From Actinomycetota bacterium (GTDB lineage: Bacteria > Actinomycetota > Rubrobacteria > Rubrobacterales > Rubrobacteraceae), in contig JBKPNW010000063.1 of the NCBI GenBank assembly GCA_046732815.1, positions 3,370-67,369 of the forward strand: 64,000 nucleotides of DNA, in the 5' to 3' direction. The position numbers and the translations under genes were made by a program. Below the pieces are notes generated by a model. It was not told the origin of the DNA and ran no database searches. It saw only the letters and a list, made by a program, of their open reading frames with translations. Positions 27,877 to 38,373 of the stretch are shown in pieces (within the stretch, counting starts at the first letter, position 1; every line of letters begins with the position of its first letter).

Positions 27877-29127
27877 ATGAACGAAGAAAAAGAGACATCC
27901 CTCCTCGGCCGTAAGGTCAGCCGCCGGACGGCGCTGACGCTCGCGGGCACCTTCGGGGCGGGGATGGCCCTGGGGGGAGGCGGCGCCCTTTCGGCCAGGG
28001 AGCTTGCCGACGGGGATCAGACCGTCGAGTTCTACGGGGAGCATCAGGCGGGCATCTCGACCCCGCAGCAGGACAGGCTGCACTTCGCCTCCTTCGACCT
28101 GACCGTCTCGAAGGCGGCGGAGATAAGGGACTTGATGCGGGCGTGGTCGGATGCTGCCGCCAGGATGTGCGCGGGGGAATCGGTAGGAGCCGGGAACGAT
28201 GCCTTCGTACCGCCAGAAGACACCGGGGAGGCCCAGGACCTTACGGCCGGACGTCTGACCGTCACCTTCGGGTTCGGGCCCACGCTCTTCGAGAAGGATG
28301 GGAAGGACCGTTTCGGGCTCGCCTCCCGCAGGCCGGAGGTGCTCCAGGAGATACCGGACCTTCCCGGCGACAACCTCGACCCTGACCTCTCGGGCGGCGA
28401 TGTGTGTGTCCAGGCCTGCGCCGACGACCCCCAGGTCGCCTTTCACGCCGTGCGAAACCTCGCCAGAATCGGCCGCGGCGCCGCGGTGATCCGGTGGTCC
28501 CAACTCGGCTTCGGCCGCACCTCGAGTACGACCAGCGCCCAGAAGACCCCGCGCAATCTGATGGGCTTCAAAGACGGGACGAACAACATCCGCGCCGAAG
28601 ACGAAGACCTAATGGACCGGCACGTCTGGGTTCGGGAGGGGCCGGATTGGATGAGCGGCGGGACCTACCTCGTGGCGCGCAGGATCAGGATGCTCATAGA
28701 GATCTGGGACCGCTCGCCGCTCCTGGAGCAGGAACAGACGATAGGCCGCCACCGGGCGAGTGGCGCTCCCCTGGGCAAAGAGGATGAATACGACAAGGTA
28801 GACCTCAAAGCCAAGGGCCCCGACGGCCTCCCCCTGATCCCGGCGGACTCCCACATCCGCCTCGCCCGTAAGGACCCGCAAGAGCGAATCCTGCGCCGCG
28901 GCTACTCCTTTACCGACGGCATGGACTCCAAGACCGGCCAGCTCGACGCCGGACTCTTCTTCATCGCCTTCCAGCGCGATCCTCGCAAACAGTTCGTCCC
29001 TCTCCAGCGTCGCCTGGGCCAGAACGACCGCCTGTCTGAGTACATACAGCACACCGGAAGCGCCGTTTTTGCCTGTCCTCCTGGCGTCAGGCGCGGTGGA
29101 TATGCCGGCGAGCACCTGCTGGGTTAG
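27877..29127 (+). CDS. efeB: Tat-exported DyP-type peroxidase / deferrochelatase
   Basis: SRRTAL Tat motif, GFKDGTNN, SHIRLA, ILRRGYSF. Confidence 0.93.
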   Translation: MNEEKETSLLGRKVSRRTALTLAGTFGAGMALGGGGALSARELADGDQTVEFYGEHQAGISTPQQDRLHFASFDLTVSKAAEIRDLMRAWSDAAARMCAGESVGAGNDAFVPPEDTGEAQDLTAGRLTVTFGFGPTLFEKDGKDRFGLASRRPEVLQEIPDLPGDNLDPDLSGGDVCVQACADDPQVAFHAVRNLARIGRGAAVIRWSQLGFGRTSSTTSAQKTPRNLMGFKDGTNNIRAEDEDLMDRHVWVREGPDWMSGGTYLVARRIRMLIEIWDRSPLLEQEQTIGRHRASGAPLGKEDEYDKVDLKAKGPDGLPLIPADSHIRLARKDPQERILRRGYSFTDGMDSKTGQLDAGLFFIAFQRDPRKQFVPLQRRLGQNDRLSEYIQHTGSAVFACPPGVRRGGYAGEHLLG

Positions 29128-29144
29128 GGTGCGGGTTTGTAACC

Positions 29145-29169
29145 GGGCGGGTTTGAATCCCGCCCCTAC
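29145..29169 (-). repeat. GTAG-type REP (partial tandem copy at 29125-29144)
   Basis: gggcgggtttgaatcccgcccctac. Confidence 0.8.
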
Positions 29170-29263
29170 GGGGGTTGGGGGCATTGGCGAGACTTGAAGG
29201 GCAATGCGGGAGCGGTTTAGAGGGGACCGCGTTATTGATGGGGCACACGCGATCAGCCTCTAC

Positions 29264-29288
29264 GTCATTCCCGCGGAAGCGGGAATCC
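29264..29288. repeat. dRS3-like repeat ATTCCC-N8-GGGAAT
   Basis: gtcattcccgcggaagcgggaatcc. Confidence 0.8.
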
Positions 29289-29328
29289 ACGAACTGAACG
29301 AGAGCTGCTCGTGTATGATGGCGTCTCT

Positions 29329-29517
29329 CTACTCGGAGCCTGTGTCTTTGAGGAAGTGCGCCGGGTCGGCCGTTGCCATCGACAGCCAATCCGGATCAAT
29401 GGTGGTCCGCTTTTGGACGGGCTCCGCTATCTCATCGGGGACGAGCCCGGAGGGCTTCTCCGTCTGAAGCGGCTGCGCACCCTCGTCGGTCGGTCGGTTC
29501 TGCGGGTCTGTCGGCAT
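29329..29517 (-). CDS. Small hypothetical protein (62 aa)
   Basis: RBS aggagg before ATG 29517. Confidence 0.55.
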   Translation of the reverse strand: MPTDPQNRPTDEGAQPLQTEKPSGLVPDEIAEPVQKRTTIDPDWLSMATADPAHFLKDTGSE

Positions 29518-29534
29518 GTCTCCTCCTATGCGAA

Positions 29535-29559
29535 AGGAGGCCAGGTTTCCCGGCCTCCT
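29535..29559 (-). terminator. Intrinsic terminator candidate after aceA
   Basis: 8-bp stem aggaggcc/ggcctcct followed by a short T run on the minus strand. Confidence 0.55.
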
Positions 29560-29571
29560 GATACCTGAAGC

Positions 29572-30906
<1,335 letters not shown>

Positions 30907-31117
30907 TCTCTCCTCTGCTCTCCGATTCCGTCTCTGTACTCTGCATTATGCACCTATATGCTCACATATGTGCAACCGGGGCGCCTGGCGCGCCCTCTCC
31001 CTCGCTAAGGGACGTGGGTACGTGGCCCACGCTTCGTGGCAGGAGGACCGGGGCAGGAGGTTTGGTCTCTGCGCCGGACCTCGAGGTTAATTTGATGGTC
31101 GGGATAGTGGTTCCTCT

Positions 31118-32722
31118 CTAGTCCAGGTACTCGTAGCCTGGAAGGGTCAGGAACTCGACGAATTCGTCGTCGGTCGAGATACGGGCGAAGAGTTCGGCGG
31201 CGTTACCGAACTCGTCGGCTTCCCAGCGTACGGGGCCAACGATGTCGGTCTTGATCTTCTCGAGTTCCTCGTCGAGGGTCTCGTTGAAGAGGTCTTCCGT
31301 CACCTCGGTGCCGTCCTCGAGGATACCTCTCTGGTGGTGGATCCACTGCCACACCTGGGCGCGGCTGATCTCCGCCGTCGCCGAGTCCTCCATCAAGTTG
31401 AAGATGGGGACGGCGCCGCGTCCCGCGAGCCAGGCCGCAAGGTACTGCACGCCGACGGAGATGTTGTTCCTGAAGCCGTCCATGGTGATGTTGCCCTCGG
31501 GCTTCTCCAGCAGGTCCTCCGCCGAGGGGTCCACGTCGGGGATCTTGTCGAGCTGGTTGGGCTGGGGCATGTACTCGTCGAAGGCCTCTTTGGCGAGAGA
31601 GACCATCCCGGGATGGGCGACCCAGGTCCCGTCGTGGCCGTCCTGCGCCTCGCGCTCCTTGTCCTCGCGCACCTTGTTATTGGCGAACTCCGTCCACTCG
31701 GGGTCGTCGCTGCGTGGGATCTGGGCCGCCATCCCCCCCATCGCGTGCGCGCCGCGCTCGTGGCAGGTCTTGATGGTGAGCAGCGAGTAAGCACGCATGA
31801 AGGGGACCGTCATCGTCACGGAGTTGCGGTCAGGTAGGAGCATGTCGGCCTCGCGGAACTTCTTGATGTAGGAGAAGATGTAGTCCCACCTGCCGCAGTT
31901 GAGCCCGGCGGAGTGCTCGCGAAGCTCGTAGAGGATCTCGTGCATCTCGAACGTGGCGAGTATGGTCTCGATCAGGACCGTAGCCTTGATGGTCCCGCGC
32001 GGTATGCCTAGCTCGTCCTGGGCCAGCTCGAAGACGTCGTTCCAGAGCCTCGCCTCGAGGTGGCTCTCCATCTTCGGCAGGTAGAAATAGGGACCGGAAC
32101 CATTGTCTAGCAGCGTCTGCGCGTTGTGGAAGAAGTAAAGGCCGAAGTCGAAGAGGCCGCCGGGGACCTGTTCCCCGTCGACGAGCATGTGCTTCTCGAA
32201 GAGGTGCCACCCGCGCGGCCTCGCCAGGATGACGGCCGTGTCCTCGTTGAGCTCGTAGTGCTTGCCCGAGTCAGGGTCGTCGAAAGAGATCGTGCCTTCG
32301 ATCGCCTCTTTCATGTTGAGCTGGCTCTCCAGCATGTTGTGCCAGGTCGGGCAGTTGGCGTCCTCGAAGTCCGCCATCCAGCAGCTCGCCCCCGAGTTCA
32401 GCGCGTTGATCGTCATCTTCCGGTCGGGGGGACCCGTAAGCTCCACGCGCCGGTCCTGGAGGTCGTCGGGGATGGGCGAGATCTTCCAGTCGCCCTCCCT
32501 GATCTCCCTCGTCTCAGAAAGGAAATCCGGCATCTCGCCGGCGCTGATCCTCTCCTGCCGCTCGGCCCGCTTCGCAAGCAGGTCATCCACCGTTCCCCTG
32601 TACTCCCGCGAGAGCTTCGCCACGAAAGCGACCGCCTCAGGCGTGAGTATCTGTGCGAACTCGTCGGGGATCCCGGTCGTAAACTCGATTCCCTCCGCGT
32701 AGGTGCGCGTCCTATCCGTCAC
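31118..32722 (-). CDS. aceB: Malate synthase A
   Basis: RRVELTGP, ADFEDA, RPRGWHL, YFYLPK, GLNCGRWDYIFS. Confidence 0.97.
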   Translation of the reverse strand: MTDRTRTYAEGIEFTTGIPDEFAQILTPEAVAFVAKLSREYRGTVDDLLAKRAERQERISAGEMPDFLSETREIREGDWKISPIPDDLQDRRVELTGPPDRKMTINALNSGASCWMADFEDANCPTWHNMLESQLNMKEAIEGTISFDDPDSGKHYELNEDTAVILARPRGWHLFEKHMLVDGEQVPGGLFDFGLYFFHNAQTLLDNGSGPYFYLPKMESHLEARLWNDVFELAQDELGIPRGTIKATVLIETILATFEMHEILYELREHSAGLNCGRWDYIFSYIKKFREADMLLPDRNSVTMTVPFMRAYSLLTIKTCHERGAHAMGGMAAQIPRSDDPEWTEFANNKVREDKEREAQDGHDGTWVAHPGMVSLAKEAFDEYMPQPNQLDKIPDVDPSAEDLLEKPEGNITMDGFRNNISVGVQYLAAWLAGRGAVPIFNLMEDSATAEISRAQVWQWIHHQRGILEDGTEVTEDLFNETLDEELEKIKTDIVGPVRWEADEFGNAAELFARISTDDEFVEFLTLPGYEYLD

Positions 32723-32805
32723 GATCTCCGGCTCCTCTCTACAGCTTTCGGGGCGAGGCTACTCTAGCAAGCCACGCCCCAGAACGCTCGGAGGAGGGAT
32801 CGACC

Positions 32806-33015
32806 TCAGGCCGCAGGCCGGGCCTCTCGACGCTCCTCCCTGGCGACCCTGTGCACGTACACGATGCACGAGGTCGGCACGCAACGCCACCTGTAGAGAA
32901 CCCGGTATTCGTCGAAACCTATCCTCACCCGCGTCCCTATAGCCGGCGCCCCTTCCTCGTACCTGCGCTCGATGATCTCCTCCGTCTGCGGGTCCCTGTA
33001 CTGTACCGGGATCAT
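32806..33015 (-). CDS. Small hypothetical protein heading the aceBA operon
   Basis: RBS aaagggga before ATG 33015; 69 aa with a CxxxxC motif. Confidence 0.6.
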   Translation of the reverse strand: MIPVQYRDPQTEEIIERRYEEGAPAIGTRVRIGFDEYRVLYRWRCVPTSCIVYVHRVAREERREARPAA

Positions 33016-33091
33016 AGCTTCCCCTTTCATCTCGCTGTGCCGAAAACCAAGATAACAATCCTCTTGATATTATTCCAATCGTTTGCATGTA

Positions 33092-33122
33092 TCGCAGGTA
33101 TAAGTAATACTTATACCTGCGA
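33092..33122. repeat. Perfect 15-1-15 palindrome abutting E9
   Basis: tcgcaggtataagta-a-tacttatacctgcga. Confidence 0.95.
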
Positions 33123-33232
33123 GCTAGTCAGCGGGTCAGCACGGCGATTCGCGCCTTGTCAGCCGGTCAGCAAAAACAAAAAGCTGAAATGCTGAAGTGC
33201 TGAAGTGCTGACTAGCCGGCGACTGAAAGGAG
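33123..33232. repeat. TCAGC/GCTGA-array element E9 with terminal RBS hairpin
   Basis: Perfect 10-bp terminal inverted repeat gctagtcagc (33123) / gctgactagc (33207-33216), A-rich centre, then gcgactgaaaggag. Confidence 0.92.
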
Positions 33233-33237
33233 GCGGC

Positions 33238-34197
33238 GTGCTGTTCAGGCAGATCGAATGCTTTCTTGCGGTGGCGCGGCTGGGGAATTTGAGCCGGGCG
33301 GCGGAGGAGATGTATCTTACGCAGCCGACGTTGACGGCACGACTCAAGGCTCTCGAGGAGGAGCTAGGGGACTCGCTGTTTGTGAGGACGAGTCGTGGGA
33401 TGCGGCTCACGGAGGCTGGCAAGGAGTTCTTACCATATGCGGAGAGGATCGTCGGCGGTTTCGAGGAAGGAAAGCGCCGGTTGGAGGAGTTCCGTGGGGC
33501 TTCTGGGGGACGGCTCCAGATCGGGGCTTCGCCTGGAGTGGGGACTTACGCGTTGCCAGGATTATTGGAGAGGTTCGCGGCGGCGCATCCGAGGGTTTCG
33601 ATCTCCGTAAGGACGGGACATTCCGAGGCGATCCTGGAGATGACCCTCAACGAAGACGTACAGCTCGGTCTCACGCGGGCGATGCGCCACCCCGAGATCG
33701 AGAGCCTGCCACTCTATGAGGACGAGCTGGTTCTCGTCGTCGAGCCGGGACACAGGTTCACCAGGAGGGGGACGGCGGGACTGACCGAGATCGGTGAGGA
33801 GCAGCTCATCTTCTTCGACCACGATTCCAGTTACTTCGAGCAGACTCACGCCCTTTTCAGGAACGCGGGCATCGGGGAGCTAAGGACGATGGAGGTGGAC
33901 AACATCGAGGCCGCCAAGAGGATGGTCGAGCACAGGCTGGGGGTCGCGTTTCTGCCCCGGACGGCTGTGGTCCGTTCGGTCTCGGCCGGTAACCTCGTGC
34001 TCATTTCCGTAGAAGAGAACCCGGAGATGAGCCGCTCGATCGTGGCGCTCAAGCGGCGTGACGTCCCCGCGACGGGCCCCGTCGCCGCCTTCCTGGAAGT
34101 CGCCGACACGATGGGCGAAAAGCGGGACGGTGCCCAGCTCTCCCCCACCCTCGCGACCGAGTTCGAGAATTTGCAACTGATAGACTTGTTTACCTAG
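33238..34197 (+). CDS. LysR family transcriptional regulator, divergent from aceBA
   Basis: F.AVA..GNLSRAAEEMYLTQPTLT helix-turn-helix, LF.RTSRG..LTEAG. Confidence 0.95.
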   Translation: MLFRQIECFLAVARLGNLSRAAEEMYLTQPTLTARLKALEEELGDSLFVRTSRGMRLTEAGKEFLPYAERIVGGFEEGKRRLEEFRGASGGRLQIGASPGVGTYALPGLLERFAAAHPRVSISVRTGHSEAILEMTLNEDVQLGLTRAMRHPEIESLPLYEDELVLVVEPGHRFTRRGTAGLTEIGEEQLIFFDHDSSYFEQTHALFRNAGIGELRTMEVDNIEAAKRMVEHRLGVAFLPRTAVVRSVSAGNLVLISVEENPEMSRSIVALKRRDVPATGPVAAFLEVADTMGEKRDGAQLSPTLATEFENLQLIDLFT

Positions 34198-34233
34198 GAT
34201 TGCAAAGAGGACAAGCTTCTTTGCAAGCACACG

Positions 34234-34725
34234 TCAGTGGGCCGAGGATCCGGCCAGCAGGTGCAGGAGGTGCCAGATGAGCAACGCTGACGCTGCCAGT
34301 ACGACCACGACCTGTATGTGGCTCTCGGTCACCAGGTCCTTCATAGCCAGTGCTCCGAGCCCGAAGACGACGCCAATCTCTGCGAGCGTGCAGATGAGAT
34401 CCAGGGCCCCTACCTCTTCCACTTCCCCGGCGTGCGGCCCCAGGAGCGGTATCCCCGACGTACGCGTGGCCAGCCAGAGGATCACGATTGCCAGGTTGCC
34501 GGCGACGCCAAATAGGAGAAGCGGTCGGCCGGGCCGGTGCAGTATGCACAAGGCGTACAACCCCTGGGCGAGGGCGACGACCACGAAGAACGTCCCATAA
34601 CCCCACCACTCCTCGAAATGTTCCAGCACTACCCAGAGGTGAATGACCGCTGCCAGCAAGGAGAGGACGGCGGCCACGTGCAGGGTCGTGTCCGACCACC
34701 GGATCGTGCGGCCGCCTGCGTTCAC
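34234..34725 (-). CDS. His-containing membrane protein, unknown function
   Basis: Four to five TM segments; IHL...EH..EWW.YG.FF motif. Confidence 0.7.
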   Translation of the reverse strand: MNAGGRTIRWSDTTLHVAAVLSLLAAVIHLWVVLEHFEEWWGYGTFFVVVALAQGLYALCILHRPGRPLLLFGVAGNLAIVILWLATRTSGIPLLGPHAGEVEEVGALDLICTLAEIGVVFGLGALAMKDLVTESHIQVVVVLAASALLIWHLLHLLAGSSAH

Positions 34726-34759
34726 CTTGCGCGCCCCCTACCGCCGTGGTCCCGCGGGT

Positions 34760-35223
34760 TTACCGAACGCGCGGTGACGTTCCGCCGAGGGGACTTACGC
34801 CGGCCTCACCGGGCCTGAGCATCGTCAGGAGCGAGTAGGCCAGGATCACAGCTGACGCCATCAGCGTTACGTGAAAGCCATACTCGTTGTAGAGGAGTCC
34901 CTGCATGTCGTTGCCATTGTAGATATGCATGTTGTCGTGGGCCACCAGGAGACCAGGAACCAGCCGATCGCGAGGTAGGCGACCCACGTCCTCCACGAGG
35001 GGCCGCCCAGGGCCCGCTTCAACGGCGTGAATCCGAACAGCAAGAAGGAGACACCGAGACCGAACGTCAGCGCCTCGAAGGCGGCGAGGAAGAGAAAGAA
35101 GGGGAACTGTCCTGCGGTGGGCTCGGGGCCGCATGGCGCGGGGGGCCAGATCACCTGGCCTAGAGCCATGGCCGGGACGGCGAAAAGGGCAGTGATGAGC
35201 GCTACTTTAACCCAGGGCTTCAA
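34760..35223 (-). pseudogene. Membrane protein gene broken by a single-base frameshift (or assembly error)
   Basis: Frame 1 ends ...SWWP and the adjacent frame continues HDNMHIYNGNDMQGLLY.EYGFH; one C is missing at about 34939-34941. Confidence 0.7.
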
Positions 35224-35310
35224 GACGGGCTCATTCCTTTCGGAACGTACTCTCTCAAGTTAGCAGAAAGCAGGCGCTCTACCTATCCCCCAATGAGCTA
35301 TCTTTGTAAC

Positions 35311-35327
35311 TCTCATGAATCTCTCAG
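35311..35327 (+). promoter_or_regulatory. OmpR/MprA-type tandem direct-repeat site candidate
   Basis: TCTCAT-N5-TCTCAG (11-bp period) in a divergent promoter. Confidence 0.4.
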
Positions 35328-35399
35328 GCTTCGCTGTTTAGATGAAAGCTGGTGCGAGGATGGCGCGTGCGATACGGACGGAAGGCGGTGGAGGGCATT

Positions 35400-36149
35400 A
35401 TGGGATCAGGGAAGGTGTTACCCGCGTTCATCGGCACGATGATGGCGCTGGTGCTTCTGGCCGGGTGTGGTGGCTCATCTGGCAGTACGGGCGGCGACGC
35501 CCAGGGGAAGGCCAAAGAGGTTTACGCGCCAAGAATCGATCCCGCCGACTTTACGACGAAGATCGACAACAAGTACTTCCCCCTAAAACCGGGAACTACG
35601 TTCGTTTATCGGGGCAAGACAGAAGATGCTACCGAGGGCGACACGGTCGCGGTTACCTCCGGCACCAGAACCATCATGGGAGTCGAGTGCGTGATCGTAG
35701 AAGACCGGGTGACCGAGGACGGCAAGCTTACCGAGAAGACCTACGACTGGTATGCCCAGGACAAGAAGGGCAACGTCTGGTACTTCGGGGAGGACTCCAA
35801 AGAGTACGAGAACGGGAAGGTCAAGAGCACGGGGGGCTCCTGGGAGGCCGGCAAGGATGGGGCTAAGCCTGGCATCATCATGCCGGCAGACCCGAAGATC
35901 GGCAAGACCTACCGCCAGGAGTATTACAAGGGCGAGGCCGAAGACATGGCAAAAGCTCTGAAGGTGGATGGATCGGCCAGAGTGCCTTACGGTTCCTTCG
36001 ACCACGTGCTGGTGACCGCAGAGTGGACCCCCCTGGAGCCGAACGTGGCCGAACACAAGTACTACGCGCCCGGCGTGGGGAACCTCCTCGAAGTCGCGAC
36101 GAAGGGGCCGCAGGAGCGGCTGGAGCTCGTCGACGTGAAGCACGGTTGA
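35400..36149 (+). CDS. Lipoprotein of unknown function, tandem paralog 1
   Basis: LLAGC lipobox; IDNKYFPLKPG and DWYAQDKKGNVWYFGED. Confidence 0.85.
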   Translation: MGSGKVLPAFIGTMMALVLLAGCGGSSGSTGGDAQGKAKEVYAPRIDPADFTTKIDNKYFPLKPGTTFVYRGKTEDATEGDTVAVTSGTRTIMGVECVIVEDRVTEDGKLTEKTYDWYAQDKKGNVWYFGEDSKEYENGKVKSTGGSWEAGKDGAKPGIIMPADPKIGKTYRQEYYKGEAEDMAKALKVDGSARVPYGSFDHVLVTAEWTPLEPNVAEHKYYAPGVGNLLEVATKGPQERLELVDVKHG

Positions 36150-36151
36150 GA

Positions 36152-36913
36152 ATGGGTCGAAGGACGACGCAACCCGCTCTCATTGGCGTGGCGATCTTGC
36201 TCCTGCTCGTGGCCGGGTGTGACGTTTCATCCAGCCACGCAGGGAACACCGCCGGTGAGAAGGCGCACAGAACCACACAGCAAGATTACGCGCCCCACAT
36301 CGACCCTGCCGACTTTACTACCAGGATCGACAACGAGTACTTTCCCCTGAAGCCCGGCACCACCTTCGTCTACAGAGGGAAGTTTCGGGGTGTTGCCGAG
36401 CGTGACGAGATGGCTGTGACCCACGACACCAGGCGGGTCATGGGCGTGAAGTGCCTGGTCGCGAGCGACAGGGTGACCGAAGACGGCGACCTGGTCGAAC
36501 AGACCTACGACTGGTATGCCCAGGACAAGAAAGGCAACGTCTGGTACTTCGGCGAGGACGTTACCGAGTACAAGAACGGGAAGGTCAGCGGCCATGAGGG
36601 CTCGTGGGAGTCAGGGGTAGACGGTGCATACCCTGGCCTCGCCATGCCGGCCCACCCGAGTTCAGGTCAGACCTACCGCCAGGAGTACTCCAAAGGGGTG
36701 GCTGAAGACAAGGCAAGGGTCGTAAGGCTCGATGGATCGGCCAGGGTGCCCTACGGGTCCTTCGACCACGTGCTCGTGACTGAGGAGTTCACCCCGCTCG
36801 AGCCCCACGTGGTGGAACGCCAGTACTACGTCGCCGGGGTCGGCGACATCGTCGAGGCAACGGTCAAAGGCCAACCGGAGCGGATAGAACTGGTGGATGT
36901 GAAGCACGGTTGA
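36152..36913 (+). CDS. Lipoprotein of unknown function, tandem paralog 2
   Basis: LVAGC lipobox; same motifs; both genes end in identical GTGAAGCACGGTTGA. Confidence 0.85.
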   Translation: MGRRTTQPALIGVAILLLLVAGCDVSSSHAGNTAGEKAHRTTQQDYAPHIDPADFTTRIDNEYFPLKPGTTFVYRGKFRGVAERDEMAVTHDTRRVMGVKCLVASDRVTEDGDLVEQTYDWYAQDKKGNVWYFGEDVTEYKNGKVSGHEGSWESGVDGAYPGLAMPAHPSSGQTYRQEYSKGVAEDKARVVRLDGSARVPYGSFDHVLVTEEFTPLEPHVVERQYYVAGVGDIVEATVKGQPERIELVDVKHG

Positions 36914-37176
36914 AGTATGATCGCTGGGCGGTCGAACGGTGAACGAGTCCGTCCGAAGCCGTCTTCAATTGCCGCCTCCGTCTCCTCCACCACCTCCGTC
37001 ACCACCGCCGCCATCTCCGCCGTGATCGTGATGGCCGCCGTCTCCGAAACCCCCGCAGTAGCCCGCGGCCCCACCTGCCCCGCCTCCGTCGCCTCTTCCA
37101 CCGCGACCGCGGGGGAGCCGAAGTTGATGCCTGCTATCACTACAACAGCGACCACGACGGCCAGGAACGCACCCAC
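36826..37176 (-). CDS. Possible small membrane-anchored protein
   Basis: RBS ggagg and an N-terminal hydrophobic helix, but low complexity and an 88-nt overlap with the convergent gene. Confidence 0.3.
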   Translation of the reverse strand: MGAFLAVVVAVVVIAGINFGSPAVAVEEATEAGQVGPRATAGVSETAAITITAEMAAVVTEVVEETEAAIEDGFGRTRSPFDRPAIILQPCFTSTSSIRSGWPLTVASTMSPTPAT

Positions 37177-37296
37177 AAGGATCCTCCCTCAACAGGAAAC
37201 GCGCCCATACGGGGTGTGTCGGAGCACGGATGCTTGGGCGTGAGGATCGTATACTTCAGGGGATACCTGTCGAGACTATTTGCAGAGGTGCGACGA

Positions 37297-38373
37297 GTGG
37301 ATCCGAAGACGATCGTTGTGATGGAGGGTGACCAGACGGGCCAGGAGCTGCTCGAGGAGGCCTTACGGGTGCTCGACCCTGCGGTAACCGGCCTGGATCT
37401 GGAATTCGTGCGCTACGACCTCTCGCTCGGCAACCGGCGGGCCACGGGCAACGCGGTCGTGCATGGGGCGGCGGCGGCGATGAAAGAGACCGGTTTCGGT
37501 ATAAAGGCCGCGACCATCACACCCGAGGAACCTGGCGATGTGGGTTCGCCGAATGCGATCTTGAGGAAAGGGATCGACGGGACCGTCATCGTACGTACGG
37601 GGAGGCGCATCCCCGGCGTCAACCCGACGAGCGGCGTGCACGCCCCCATCTCCGTGGTGCGCATGGCCGTCGATGACGCCTACGGGGCCAAGGAGTGGCG
37701 CGAGGGCGAAGGACTAGATGAGGTCGCATACAGGACCGAGAAGATCTCACGCCGGGTATGCCGTGGCGTCTCGGAGTTCGCCTTTATCCAGGCGCGCAAG
37801 ATGCGGGCCAAGGTCTTCGGCGGTCCCAAGTACACCGTCTCGCCCGTCTACGAAGGGATGCTCAAAGAGGAGATGGACCGGGCCGCACAGAACAGCCGAG
37901 ACGTCCGCTACGACCCCCAGCTTATAGACGCAACGTACGCGCTCCTTTTGACCACCTACGGTGAGCCCCTGGTCATCCCCACGCTAAACCGCGACGGTGA
38001 CTGCATCTCGGACCTCGTGATGCAGATGTTCGGCTCCATAGCGGGGGCCGAGTCGCTCTTGATCTCCCTCGACGAGGAAGAGAACCCCGAGACCGTCATG
38101 GCCGAGGCGCCGCACGGGACGGCCCCTTCGCTTGAGGGCAAAAACGTAGCCAACCCGATGGCCATGATCCTGGCCGGGGCCGCGCTGCTCACCTTCTTCC
38201 ACGACGAGGACGCGAGCCGGGTCTCACGCGCCATCTACGAGGCGACCTTCGAGACCATCCTCGACGGAGTGAAGACCGCCGACCTCGGCGGCTCGGCGGA
38301 CACGACCGAGTTCACCGATGAGATCATACGCCACATCAGGACCAAGCTGGAGGTGTGGAGTGCTCTGGCGTAA
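37297..38373 (+). CDS. Isocitrate/isopropylmalate dehydrogenase family protein
   Basis: GDQTGQE, IKAATITP, SPNAILR, LNRDGD.ISD and EAPHGTAP motifs. Confidence 0.88.
   Translation: MDPKTIVVMEGDQTGQELLEEALRVLDPAVTGLDLEFVRYDLSLGNRRATGNAVVHGAAAAMKETGFGIKAATITPEEPGDVGSPNAILRKGIDGTVIVRTGRRIPGVNPTSGVHAPISVVRMAVDDAYGAKEWREGEGLDEVAYRTEKISRRVCRGVSEFAFIQARKMRAKVFGGPKYTVSPVYEGMLKEEMDRAAQNSRDVRYDPQLIDATYALLLTTYGEPLVIPTLNRDGDCISDLVMQMFGSIAGAESLLISLDEEENPETVMAEAPHGTAPSLEGKNVANPMAMILAGAALLTFFHDEDASRVSRAIYEATFETILDGVKTADLGGSADTTEFTDEIIRHIRTKLEVWSALA

Noticed and set aside
30943-30976. Short palindromes upstream of aceA (tgcattatgca; gcac...gtgc) as an operator
   Set aside because: Too short and imperfect to support without comparative data.
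35305-35335. Glycine riboswitch (AATCTCTCAGG motif)
   Set aside because: The upstream GGAGA and CCGAAG elements of the aptamer are absent; it is better explained as a tandem direct-repeat operator.
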